A DNA stretch of 57,755 nucleotides, filler included, from Catajapyx aquilonaris (lineage: Eukaryota), in assembly GCA_000934665.2 (NCBI GenBank). It is 2 parts of 2 records of this genome, joined end to end, with 100 filler letters (N's around TTAATTAATTAA, not from the genome) between each part and the next. Parts side by side here need not be neighbours in the genome. Positions count along the whole stretch, not along the records: positions 1 to 28,831 come from JYFJ02004864.1; 1 more part is not named here. One strand, 5' to 3'. Both the position numbers and the translations under genes were made by a program. Positions 13,172-26,100 of the stretch are shown in pieces. Position 1 is the stretch's first letter. The number at the start of each line of letters is the position of its first letter. The notes under the pieces are model-generated. The model searched no databases, was not told the origin of the DNA, and saw nothing but the letters and a program-made list of their open reading frames with translations.

Positions 13172-15272
13172 GTACGACCAGGAAGGCTGGGATGGGAAGG
13201 ATGCGTCGAAAGGATACACGCAGGAGGGACGAGATTCCAGGGACCAGTACGTGGAAGGTGACAGGTACGGTACTCAGCAAGATGCCTACTACGACGACGG
13301 CTCCTACGGCGCCAACAGTTACACGTACCCGGACAATGGTTACGGAGAGGGCACACTGGACGACTACAGGTACGAGTACGACAAGCCGTCTGAGTCGCTG
13401 CCGACAGCCACGACGACGACCACGACGACGACCACGACCGTCGCGGCCGTCAGCAGTGCCGTCAGCACCACCATGTCCACCATGCCCACTAGCACCACCG
13501 CAACCACCACCACCGCGACCACCTCTTCGACAACCGCAGGAAGTTCGAGGTCTCGTGGAAGGACGTTACCAGACGAAACCGCTTGTTCCACCGCTCCTTA
13601 CGACGAGTACAAAGATGGTGCGTACTACGGTGATACCACTCAAAGTGCTTTACCCTACCAGACCCCAAGTGCCAGTGCGAACCAGTACGATACTAGCCAG
13701 TACCAGGACCAGTACCAGCAGGACCAGACGGACTACAGCATGTACTCGCAGGACCAGTACCAATACGATGGGTACCAGTACGACTCCCAGAACTACGACG
13801 GGAGCCAGTACCCGTACCAGGGTTACGATCAGGCCGGCGAGAGTGATCAGTTGGGAGGGCAGGTGGGTTACACTGACACTACTTCGAAGCAGGGAGTGGG
13901 AAAGGATGGTTACGGTGAGTACGGGTACGGTGACTACGGTGCCGCCACCACCACTGGCACTGAGAATCAAGCGTACAATGAGGACTACAACTACGCGTAC
14001 AACAGCACCGAGAACCTCAACGACTCGTACGCCGAGGGAAGCAGCAGCAAACAGAGTCAACAGCAACAGCAGCAAGACTCGTACGGCTCACGGCCTGGAA
14101 GCTTCCGTAAGAACAAGGACCGCTTCCTCAAAGCTCAAGAAAGTATGGACTACGACGACACTGACCGGGCCAGCAAGGACATGTACTCGTACGGGGACGG
14201 ATCCAGTATGGACTACTACTACGACCAGACCGGAAAGGAGGCGTACGACAAGTACCTGTACGACGAGCCGTACGAGGAGACATACGAGGACGGCTACAAG
14301 CCTGGCACTTCTTGGGAGGAGCGCAACTCTATGAGTAATGCAGACTACCCTTACGATGCGAAGAAGGCGGAAACGAAGCCCACAGCCGCTCAAGACCGCA
14401 GGGACCAAACGACCAGCGCCATCCGCAGCATCTTCGGCGGCGGCGCCACGACCACCGGCGCCACCGCCACCACGACCACGACCAGCACCACGACCAGCAC
14501 CTTGTCCTCTGCCACCTCCGCCGTCTCCGCTTTCGCCTCACCCTTCATGTCCGCCTTCTCCAAATTTGTGCCCAAACCTTCCTCAGTGCTCAAGATGGAC
14601 ACGAAGCCCACACCTCCTCCTACCCAACAGCAACAGCCTCTCACTCCCCAACAGCAGCTGCAGCAACAGCTGCAGCAAAGGCCAGTACCTGCTTCCCAGC
14701 AACAACCAACTCCTGTGCCCGAACCCGTGGTGACTCAAACCTCACCCAAACCCAAACCCAAGCAAGACCTGATGCCTTCCACACCATCCAGACTCGAGAC
14801 TCTTCAGGAGGAGCCGATCACTGTTCCAACCAGCAAGGCGGCGGCGCTTGCGGCCATGAGGAGCTACTCTGAAGGCTCAAAGGAAGGTTCGGAGCTGATG
14901 AGTCCAGGCGAAAACAGTTTGGAGAGAATGGCCTCGTACGATGAGGAAGAGGAGCTGAACATGGAGGATGAGTATGACGATGAGGAAGAGGAGGAAGAGG
15001 AGGAGGAGGAGGAAGAAGAAGAGGAGTATGACGAGGAGCCGGCGGAGGAGGAAGAGATGATGATGGAAGATCAGATTCGAGACCAGAGGCCCAGCATCAT
15101 CACAGACGTTGACGATTTGGCCATCGCGGAACAACTGGGGGTGGTCAAGCCTGAGAAGACCAAGAGCGTGTCGTTCGAGGAAGAAGAGAAGCCAAAAGAG
15201 AACCTGACAAAGGGGATGACTCCAAAGGAGAAGTGGCAGTGGGTCATCAACAGAGTCTGCAATCAAATAGCG
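13172..15272 (+). CDS. unc-13: Large 2.1-kb coding exon: Tyr-rich low-complexity region, poly-Thr, Pro/Gln and poly-Glu tracts, ending in a calmodulin-binding-like motif; unc-13/Munc13 N-terminal region
   Basis: Core of the 783-aa ORF 13149..15500 with strong C/G-ending codon bias. Acceptor tacag| at 13171, donor GCG|gtgagt at 15272. Terminal KEKWQWVINRVCNQI has the 1-5-8 hydrophobic spacing of the Munc13-1 calmodulin site (WLRAFNKV). Coding status is near certain; gene identity is less so. Confidence 0.75.
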
Positions 15273-15613
15273 GTGAGTACTCTCTACTTTTTACAAAAAT
15301 GCAGTTTGTTCACTCCAAGAAATGAGTCGATAATGAATTCATTACCAAAACCAGGCAATCTTATTCGATACGAATCTTACAAAGCAGAAGGTTTGTTGGT
15401 GTGTCACGGCTACCTAACCCACTTACGCACTGAGAGTGCTGAAACTTTGCACACTGACGTCTTACTGATTTATGGAAAAGTCAGAAAACTGCAATTTTAA
15501 AAGTCTACATAAATACCCAAATTTAGATTATTTTTGTTTTAGATGATGTTTGGTGTCTCACCTGTGATGGCAATTGCAACACATTTATTTTATTTATCAG
15601 TCACCGTGCCAGC

Positions 15614-15642
15614 ACCGTGCGAAGAACGGGTCCCCTGCTAGT
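15614..15642 (+). mobile_element. Helitron-like 3' terminus
   Basis: GC-rich hairpin ccgtgc-gaa-gaacgg (one mismatch), then CTAG (15638-15641) 8 nt later, then T. The 5' end is not defined. Confidence 0.5.
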
Positions 15643-18600
15643 TCTTCATAAAACAGGAAATTCAGATTATTTTAGTGAGCATTTTCACGGCCCAGGTGAC
15701 CTTTCCCAATGGAAGGTTCGCCCGATGTGAAAATGTTCCATATTATTGGAAACAATAATTTAGCGTTGAGTCGATGCCTGTAACCAGAAATTAACACACT
15801 TTTGACAACATAAGACAGCCTGAGTTTGATAATGACCTACTCAAATTACCATCAATGCTGTGTATATCCATGGTCAATTTGTACGAAACAGTGTCTGTTA
15901 CTACTGTGGTTGCCGGAATTTTTTAGTTTAAACCAGCCGATCCCATGCAGTCCCCGCGAGCCAGAGAGACCAAGCCAGGTCATCCCCCAGTGTTTCATCC
16001 CTGGTCCAGGTCGAGGGCTGTTGATTACCACCGCTCATCGACCCTCTCTTTTGTTATTTGCTTGATCACGAGGGGGTTGTTTTAGAAAAATGAGCCAATT
16101 AGCGACGATGACCGCGGGCACTATTTCATGCCTCTATATCCTCCCCAAACCGCCCGGATGAAAAAAAAAGTCGACTTTTCATCAGTACGGCCAAATGACC
16201 CTTGTGCCTTATCTACGACGCGTGCCAGCAGACACTGCATGTAAGCAACGATACAGTGTGACGTCCTTATTGGAAATAGCTGTTTTTATACGAACACCAC
16301 GATAAGGTCCGAAAGTGGGCGGTAATTCTGACACTTTGAGACCAGTCAACCGCACACGAGTCGCATGTGTTGCTTCAACACGGGTCCGCGTTTCGTGTCC
16401 GGTTTAATTGGTTTGTGCCGCAATTTTGAGCGTGTGTGGCCACCCAGCCGTTTTGCGCAAAAAAAAAATATATTGCAATTTCAGTGTTCAGTTTTAATCC
16501 GGTAACCAGAATGCAAAAGCGCCTGGTGGCCCGGCACGTAGCATCAAAGATGCGGGTACAGCAAAAGGGTTTTCCAGTTTATGTGTACAGTACCTGCATT
16601 ACTTACACTTAGGCTTGAAGGACAATGCGGCCTTAAATATTCGGACACAAGAATGGTGTTAGAACCGGATGAATTCATTAGCTCTGGATATAAGTTATGA
16701 GCCGATTATTGCTGTGAAAAATGGGGGCTGTGATAGAATCAAAGGGTGTTATTTTCACGTGTCGTTTTTTGTGTTGGGCTAAAGGCGTGAGTTATCACAC
16801 GGGGCTCGATTTAATCGAGAGGGAATGAACGAGAAGGCTAATTGGATGTGTGTGTTCGTTTAGTGAAGGTACAAAGGGGGCGGTTGCAATATGCAGTATT
16901 TTATTGTCATTTCCTTACAACCTTTGCGGGCAGGTATATAAAGAAAGGTTCCCTTGTCGATCAGTCTTTCATGTCGGTGAAATTGGAACTAAACTGCTTC
17001 TTGTCACGAAAGAAATTTGAGTCCATATCGGCTCCTCTTTAGAGCTGGCTGGGAACCTGTTATTGCATCAGAATTAAACTATTGCGTAAATATTGAATAG
17101 CTTTTATGAGATGGTGTTTCTACCAATTGAATCGTTTGAAACAAATGCACTGAACACAAAAGGCCACAATGTTCCATCTCCTGCTACCCGATAATGAAAT
17201 TGTGTAACTTTTTTCCAATACCTACACCTGGTAATTAGGATAATGTAATGAGCTGTGTTGTGTGTTTTAAATGTAGCATGGTTTTGCGGGATTTAGTTCA
17301 AATAAAACCATGAAGTGCAACTAAATATGAACATTAATTGTCTTAATGCAAATGAAAGCGAGATTGATGAACGCTTGCTGATGGAGTACAGGAGCATGAG
17401 CGTTTCAAGTGTCTGTTAATTCAAAAGCTTGAATTAGACCGTTTGTGTTTGTAAAATAATGTCAATTACGACAGCCATTGTTTTCATCGCAATTTTGCTT
17501 TCAAAATATGAACAGAGTTAATGGCAATTAGTAGGCATTATGAACAAAGTGGAGATTTTCTACTTGATAGCATTAGTCCTGGCCATTAGATTATTTTCAA
17601 ATGGATCCTGACATTCCTTTGTTATACTGTTATTTTGTGCATCAAAATTGCATTAACTTCAATGGCGCGCACTCTATAGGAAGTCAGATTGCATTTTGGG
17701 ACAATTAGTCCGTTGTATTTCCAACAAATGTTTTGCAATCATTTAATGGATGCTTCTAGCTAAATCCCATGTTATCGAACCCAAAATGTTTTAACGCACA
17801 GGTGTAATTGCAGGGATGTTTTTGTAACATTTGTTTCTGACTTTATTGTTTGCAACAGTTGCCGGGTAGCGCACACGCTTACTGCGAACGCTGACACTTT
17901 TAAAAATTAATTTTGTGTAAAACACTCGAGCCATAAATAGCATTTTCATGAGGAAATTTTTTAAACGTGATGTCGCAGTAATATACTTGCTAACGTCCGG
18001 GCAGAAGCTGCTTCCGAATTTATAATTTATGCACTTTGTTGCAAATTCCAGCATTTAATTTTCAGTCAGGGTATGTATCACTTAAATTTGCCTTCAAAGT
18101 CACCTCTTTTAATTAACTCGTTTTATGGAGCCATTGAGCAAGAGTGGAAACGACTTGGTCTTAACTTTGCCATCTTGAAAGGCCTCCATTGGAAAGACCC
18201 AGGAGAATTCGAGATTTGAATTTTAGGGTCAAGATCTATAGAGGCTGCTCGAAGGAAAATGCGGGCGTGACCTCGATCCGCAGTGTTGACCTAGACCGTC
18301 TGAAAGCAGTCACTGTGATCATGTTTAATCAAAGGTGAAAGACCTACCCCCTTTTGTTGGCTCAACGAAAGAGATTAGTTTTGCTGCGCGAATCAGATAT
18401 CTACAGTGCAGCAAATGGGGGTCTGGAGTTTTTTTTTACACCGTGTGTGTGGGAGAGAGAACAGCTGTTTTGCCAGCAAGTTGCGATGGCATGATTCATC
18501 TGTTTACTTTTTTACTTACGTGTTCCAGCTTTCTGTGGGATTTTAACACACCTTTTTTTTGGATTAGGCCCATAATGTTGAATATTACACAGCTTTGTTT

Positions 18601-19407
18601 TTTAATTAATTACTATTGCGCTCAGTTTTTTCAAAGAAATGGGATGTGTTTCAAGGTACTGCATGCTGCACTAATTGGCGCAACACATCTGTTGTTTTTG
18701 CCAACAACATCCCAACGCTATTGGTAGTTTGGCTTTCAATGAACATCCGCTAGATAACAACAGTTGCGGCAGAATATTGGCAACCCCCCTAATTCATTTA
18801 GAATGTCAAGTCCCCGAGCACGCCTTAACCGGATTGCATTATATCCACCAGTATATACTACTCAGGGACGGATTAAGGTGTGCCGTGGCTGCATTTGGAG
18901 GACATACTTTGAGCCATGCGGGTGGCAAGGAGGTCGTTCATCCGTCCCGAGAGTCAAACCTTGTCGTCTCCCCAGGACGCAACACCCAAGGTAATAACCC
19001 CCAGTCTATATATGTAAGTGCCTGCAACTCGGCTGCATTACCGGTGAGGCTCCTTGCTTAATCACCTTCACAAGCCGTGGCAGCATGCGATGAGAGGCGG
19101 AAACCCAACCGACGTTATCAGGTTGGCGGTAAGTCTCGGGGCCAGGAAACAACGAAACGTCATCCTGTTTGTGCTGTTTATAGCCGACGCGGATAGCGTT
19201 AGGGGCAAGCGTTGATAGGATTTGGTGACGATGTGTGTCCACCAGGGATATTGAAGTCGTAGGGAAGGGTGGTGGGGGCGGGGGTGTCGGTTTTTACGCC
19301 AGCAGAAAATCCCCCTTGGCGCCCTGGGAGAAACCGCCTGTTGCTGCTGCCAGACGGATCCGATTGTTCCCTTTGGAGCCTGGTTTGCAAAAAAGGGGGA
19401 AAAAAAT

Positions 19408-20106
19408 ATGGAAGTGTGTCAGGAGTACGGTACCGAGCGTGCACTTTTACACCCGTTGAAAGTATCGCTGTTTCCGGTCAAGTCGACGTCGTTCCTGCAC
19501 GGGAGTGATTCGGACGATGAGGTGTTTGAAGGCGTGTTTCGAAGGTGCGATGCGGTTAAGAAGCGGAAGACGCGACTGAGACGCGGTTCCAGTCTGTCCG
19601 ACCTGGAAAGAAGGGCAGCTAAATGCAAGCAGTTTCCACTCCCGGCTTTGCACAAGCCCAAATCCAGGTGGGGGTCAAGTGGCGAGCTCAGGTCACGACT
19701 TGCCCTGCCAGCACCAGGGTTGAGCAAAAGCTTCGGCGATTTGATGAACGAAAAGTACGGCAGCTCCCAGAGTCTGCACAGTGCCACTGAAAGCATCGCA
19801 TACACCGTACCGTTGACCACTGTTAGCCCCAAGAGAAGCGGCACACCTTCGCCGATTGACCCGTGCTTTCTGTCAGCATCTCACAGTCCTCTTGATGGCT
19901 CCTCGGTGACGACCAACTCTGAAAGTGCGGACGTAATTGACGGAGATTACAGCTTCCTGGATTTCGCGAAGGATGGAGGATGGGAGCTCCTGGAATCGCC
20001 GACTCGTGATTTCATGAGGCCGTTGACAGCTTTTGAAAGGACCCACAGGCTGTCCAGACTCATCCAGGAAAGGAGAAACTCGCAATTCTGCCTGTCTTTA
20101 ATCGCG
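19408..20106 (+). CDS. ATG-initiated 233-codon Ser-rich exon; candidate alternative first coding exon of the unc-13-like gene
   Basis: 255-aa ORF with coding-like composition (RRGSSLSDL, SKSFGDL). In-frame consensus donor ATC GCG|gtgagt at 20106, phase 0, same context as the donor at 15272. GC/CpG-rich leader upstream. Confidence 0.65.
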
Positions 20107-23100
20107 GTGAGTATCCCTCATCAGACACTGCAAATGGATGTGCCCTTGTCCGAGAGACGTAATAACCTCGCTTAATTAGATATCTGGTGGAGGGGTGGTA
20201 CTCTCGTCAACGCTTGTGATGAGATCAAGGGAGCAAACAGTAATTGATTAAATCGTGCGGTGGAAGATAATGCAGGGGTGACAACTTTGGCCGTGGTAAA
20301 AAAAAATCATTTTAAGATAAATATTGTTGAAGGTTAACATTAGGGGGGGTGATAATCCCTCTGCCATATGGCTGAACACTTGTGTGCCGGCTTGTGCAAC
20401 GAGGAAACCACAAGTGTATCCCTCAGACTCGGTGTATTGCCACGCCTGAAAAGAGTTGCATCCCAAAATGAGAAAACCCTAGTCACTTGATAACAGCTTG
20501 TCCTTTTTTTTTTGGTGGGGCCGTTCAGGCGTGACTTTATGACTTCCAACGGAAATTATTTTCCTCCAGGGCGTTATTATCATCTCGGGAGGAAAAGCGA
20601 CAGAGTCTCTCAAATAGGGAGCTGCAATTAGGGATCTCAGCAAAGTCACGACTCTCAGGGATTATTACTATTCTCCTCTTTTTTTTAAAAAAAACTGTCT
20701 CTTGACGATTTTCAAAACAGGCTTCGGGCTAGATAGACAGCCATGTAATATCATTGTCAGAAATGCAAGAATATTGGGGAGAGATCGTGCGAAATGAAGG
20801 TGGCCAAGAAGTGCGATGGACCTTCCAGAGATGGCAGCTTCATCGATTTCAAGCTCCAGTTCAGAGCCTCAAACATTTTAAAATCTATAATATTAAAATC
20901 CTTCTGATTGGCTCGCCATATTCGTATATATTGTTACCGCAACCCTTCCGATTGGCCCCCTCACACAACAATATGGCTAAACTAAACAGTGCCCTTTTGT
21001 TGACGCTGTTTACTCATATTGTTTGGGGACATTTCCATGGAAAACTTGAAAAGTGGGAGGTGTCAGAAGTGCATTCTATGATGTCCTTTGACTGTGGATG
21101 GGGGAAGGCGATAAAAAATATGTCTTCCACCACCGCAGGCCTAGAAAAATGCGAGGGTTTTTCTAGTAAATTATTAAAACGATTGCATGAATATGTTGGA
21201 GAAGGTTGTCATCTTGCTTCAGTTTCTATGTCTGGCTATATAGGTTAGCTAGTGCTTGAGATAACTGATGTCCGAGCCTCGCGTTTCTGAATGGAGCTTC
21301 CAGATGGACCCTTTCGAGCATAACAATGGGAATAATAGAAGTGCGTCTCTCTCTTTTTTTCCCCTGGGGATGATGGCCATACGTATATACGGAGGCTCTT
21401 GTGGCAGCGGACCCCCCTTCAAGAATATAAGTAATTTTTTGGCGTGGCGAGGCAGCCCCCGGGATGTTTCATCTTTATCACACGAGAGATGAGAAAGGAG
21501 AATGGATGGGATGGTTCCTGATGAAAGATGAGGGGGGAAGGAGGCAGCAGGGGGAAAGAATGGAGTCACCACAGTGTGCTTTACGGTTACTTGTGAAATA
21601 TGCCCTCGATTTCCCTCAATGAACAGGAAAAAAGGGCGGACGCCACCGGGCCAGCACTTCTAGCATCAGAAAGAGAGAGGGGGGAAACGTACTGATGGCA
21701 CAGATAGAGAAGATAATCGATTTCAATCAATCAGACCTGATAGAGTTGAACGGAACCGGGAGGATTATTTTACCGGCGGCAATGATTAGGATTACATCCA
21801 AATCGATCTAGTCTGGCTCGCTTTTTTTTGTTCGTGGGAGAGGGTCGCATTGTGACATCAAATTAGCAATTTCAGGTTAACTGAATTACGGTGAGTTGCA
21901 TTGTACGCTTTTACTGCGCGCTTGTATAGGAAACGCCATTCTGTCCAATCCGGATGACTTGCAAAAAAAAATGTATGCAGGTTTATGATATAATTTGATG
22001 GTACTTAGTCTACTTACACTGTACTAATTGCATTCAATATAGTGAAATAAAATACCTAAAATAAGGCCTAGTTTGTCGAATCATTAGTTGACTTTTGCCT
22101 ATATACTGTAGTTTACTACTAGAGAAGGATAGTAATAAAATGGTGATAGTGAGCAATTAGTCGGACATACATAGAGTTCATTGGATCCTGTAGGCCTACT
22201 GTTGCTTGGGAAAGTTTCCGGAGACTATAATTATGTAGTCTCTCTGTAGGTTGATAATTTATAATTTATAGTAACTGTCAGCATGTGGCCTTCTGAAGGA
22301 CAGAATTGATCAGATGTTACGTACAGTTTTCCACTGCGATTGCTTTGTTTAAATTTTGGATTAAAATGGCCAGATTTATGGTTATTATAGCTACTATTTA
22401 ACAGTCAATGTACACTTTTATAATGCGAATGTGTCACTTTAAGGCTGGATTATGTTAATGTCCGTGACGTTTTTAGTCCTGTATTTCGCTGTAGTTGGCA
22501 TATATTTTATTGTTACTCTTACTTTGGTAAAAATCAAGCATAATGAAATGCAGATCATAAAACCTTTACTGACATTGATACAATCCGACCTAATATTAAA
22601 AAAGTATTTTATGATATAAATATTACAGTGAATATTTTCTTTACTGCACTTTTCAGAAATACGTATATAGCACGTGCAGAGGAATGTAGCGTAAGTAAGC
22701 CTAATTCCGGTTTTATTGAGCCTGCAGCTATTATGTCGTTGAATGTCGAATGAGTTTTCTGGGGAATTCTGCAATTTCATTCCACCAGCCGGAAGCAGCA
22801 CTTCTTTCTCTAAGATGAAGTGCCCTGTGAAGTTGCATTAAAGTAATCCTGTCCTACGTGACCTCATTAGTAATGATGTACAAGATTACGAATTATATTC
22901 CGTGTCAAAAGAGCAAGTTTCCATGCCAACAGCCACTCTCCAGAATTAGAAATCCTTCATAATGTGTACGTACATCCCTATACATGCTACAATAATGCGA
23001 GTGACCAATAATTTTGAACTGCATTAGAGCAAGCAGTATTGTGCAGCAAGAGAGCAAATGCAATTACAAGTCACCCTGAAATAACTCTGCCTCCTAACGA

Positions 23101-26100
23101 GTAAGACTTATCCGAAATATAACCCCAGAGTTTTGCGGCAATGATATTAGTTGCCGAAATGAGGAAGCATTGAAATTTGTCTTGCACAGAACTGATGTAC
23201 CTAGGCTTTCAGGAACAGCAAAATTGAGGCCAACTAATAACAAAGAAGCTTGAAGTTCCCAGTACCGCCTACTCATAATTTCACCAGAAAACAATTGTTT
23301 CATGTGGTAGCAAAGTTCCAGGAACTTGAAAGCTCTAACCCGACGATTACGGAGAAAAAAAAAATCTCCAGAAAAGAAATAGGCATTACCCTCATCAAAT
23401 GACAAAAACAACTTTTTTTCTTCTCCCCCCTTCTCCTTTCTCATCTTCCGGCAGGGACTTCAAGACGTCACAAGCGATCGTGTTCTGTAATGAAAACGGA
23501 ATGAAGTAATGGGGGGCCCGCTGTCATAACCAGACTACTTTGTCATTGTTCCCTTGCATTAGGAGATGGAAGTCTGTTGCTTCTTCCACTTTTTGGCCCC
23601 CAACTGAAGAGCCGCTGTCACTACAAACGACGACCCTTTTTCACCCAATGATTTCTGCTATCGGCAGAGCGTTCAAAAACAAGACTTCCGGAGCGATAAT
23701 AACGCGCAATATCACCCGGAATTAATAACCCTCATGAACTGAAATAGTGCGGCCATATTTCAATCTTACCCACTGTTGTCCGTGGGGCTCTGGGCCATAC
23801 CAATTAGTCCTAACTTTCGAGGATTTTAATCGCCATGTCGAAGCTGATAATGAGCTAATAAAACACACCAGAGTTTACAACCGGTTTTTGGTCAAGAAGG
23901 TTTACTTTGCCCTTCTAAAAAAAGAAGTCGAAAAACAAGGGCCCAATTAAGGCGGGTCCTTTGAACACACGTCTGCCTTCCATCAGACTAAATAAATGAA
24001 CTGCCTGGCGCACATGCTGAATCCAATAGGGCAACCCCCGGAAGCAAGTCAGCAAATTTGTGTCGACTGTGGTCTTACCAAGTTTGGGCTGTTTCTGGCT
24101 CTTAATACCTGCCGTTAATTGTGGACCCGGAACCGGCTCTAAGTGGATAGAAGGTCGGGCTTTCTGGCCGCCAGGGCATGTCAGCCCTTCAAATTCAATT
24201 TGGATTGTAATATCGCATGCAAATTAAAGTGTAAAAAATGATGGAGGAAAGTTTTTATTAACAGGCTGAAATCCGACAGCTTAACTTGTAGCTGCCATGG
24301 TTGGGATAAATTAGGCCAAATATTAAAGACTTGTATGCTGCAGGTTGCAGCTTTCTACAACCAAACTTGCCACGTTCTGCAACCAGAAAAACAGAAAGGT
24401 AGACGGGCCAGACTTGAATGTAATTTCGAAATAATTGCGTCGGTTAGTCTCTCTCCATGTCGACGACGTGACAATACTGTTGATGAGCCAGAAAGCCGGC
24501 ATTTTCGAGGGTTTAGTGAAATGCATGGATGACGATGGGACCTGGGGGTGTGTAGCTCATACGTTCGAGTGCCATTCATCCGTGCGAACGCAAAGGGGGT
24601 AAAAATCGTAGAGTGGAAATCGACAAAATGATTGTTTAGCTTGTGGATGGAAGCGTAGGGGAAAATTCTGAGCGTATCCAGACGGAAACGTAACATTATT
24701 CGAGCAGTGGGCGTGTGGGAAGCAGCTGCATAATTTGTGAAAAAGTGCGTTCACGCACCATATCTGCATTCAATTGAAAACAAAAAGACATTTCTTCTAC
24801 ATGTTCGCCAGATGAAATGTCACGGGCAAGAATTTTTCATGCAGCATTGACATTCCTGGCCGGTTATCTCCCGTCCGGGTAGGTCTCAAGCATTTTCCAG
24901 CCAGCTCAAATATCAGGGCGCCAGCACCACTGTAGACTTGTCTATCGACTGAGTGTCACCATCCGTGCATGTAGATTCCGGGTCGATGGGAGCCGAACTG
25001 TGGTTGGCTCCAAAATATGCGAGGTGTTGGCTGAACTTGAAGCGAAATAATTCTGGACGAAAAGGAAGGATTGGCCTTTGATGTACAATTTTTCTGGTGG
25101 ATGTCCCCCTCGCGGTCTAACTCCTGGTGTTGAGAAACGGGATTCAAGTCACATCCTATCCGTCCGCCGGAAGTTTATATGGACAGGTAGGGCAGACGCG
25201 TGTTCAAACGGAGGGTGAAACGCGATTAAAACTTTTGAAATCAGCCGCTGAGAGTTGTACGTACATACCGCAAGTTTGAGATGAATCAGCATTCCGGCAC
25301 AATACTTGCAGTTTGACGACTTCCGAAATTTTGTTCAAACTTCTGAAGTCGTTGTCAGTCAATGAAAACTCCGGAGTAGTGTAGGGAAAATCGCTCATGC
25401 TGAAACCCTATATTTTTTTTTCTCCTTCCAACCGATCGCCATGACAACTTTGGCCCCTGGATCTATCCGATTATTACCCAAAGGGGGTTCCGGAATTTTT
25501 TCATCTAACTTGTGGCGCATTCCCCTGGCCGACTAATCCGGAGGGCTAAAAAGTGCCTGGTAATAAAGCCGCTGGAAAGGGCCATATAATTTCCAGAATA
25601 GTAGAGCAATGTTTTTGAGGGTTGGGGGTGTGGGTGGGTGGGCCTCAGACGTTAATTAAGTGGAAGCGTATTTTCCAGAGGATGAAGACTTTTGCTTATC
25701 CCCTAAGGGCATGCGGGTGTGCCAGACACACAGCAGCACTGCTGCCTTAAGGAAACCCGCATTGACTCTGGTGCACTCCTCGAGAATCACAATTTATGGC
25801 TCTTGAAAAATATGCCAGTTTTTTTTCTTCTCTGGAGCTCTCAGTAATGGCAAGGATGGGAGTTGAAACTCGGTTTCTTCAGGGCCCTACAAGATTTTTT
25901 CTCATATAAGCTGAGAAAGAAGCAGTGCAAGATGCGACCTCAAGATATTTTTTGGCTTAGATTTAATTTTGGCGTGCCTGCATGTTGTGCACAGGTTTGC
26001 ATTTTTGGCAAACTTAATTACAAATTGTACACTGTATTTTAACGCTTCTTTTGCACACATATAGAACACAAAATCCTTCGTTACGAGCTTCGTTCCATGC

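Noticed and set aside
13093..14334. 413-aa Thr/Arg-rich overlapping ORF in the +1 frame
   Set aside because: Stops in the +1 frame require Leu/Val/Ile/Met codons (NTA/NTG) in the main frame, which are depleted in the Tyr/Asp/Thr-rich exon. This is a compositional shadow.
13364..15266. Val/Leu-rich antisense ORFs that look like membrane proteins
   Set aside because: They are reverse-complement shadows of the biased TAC/GAC/ACC/GAG codons of the real exon.
13149..15500. The 783-aa ORF as a complete single-exon gene
   Set aside because: Its start lies just inside the upstream intron, and codon bias ends at the GT donor at 15273. The tail is intronic read-through.
16086..16240. Possible next unc-13 exon (KNEPISDDDRGHYF...)
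   Set aside because: Poor polypyrimidine tract, no recognisable Unc13 motif and asymmetric phase.
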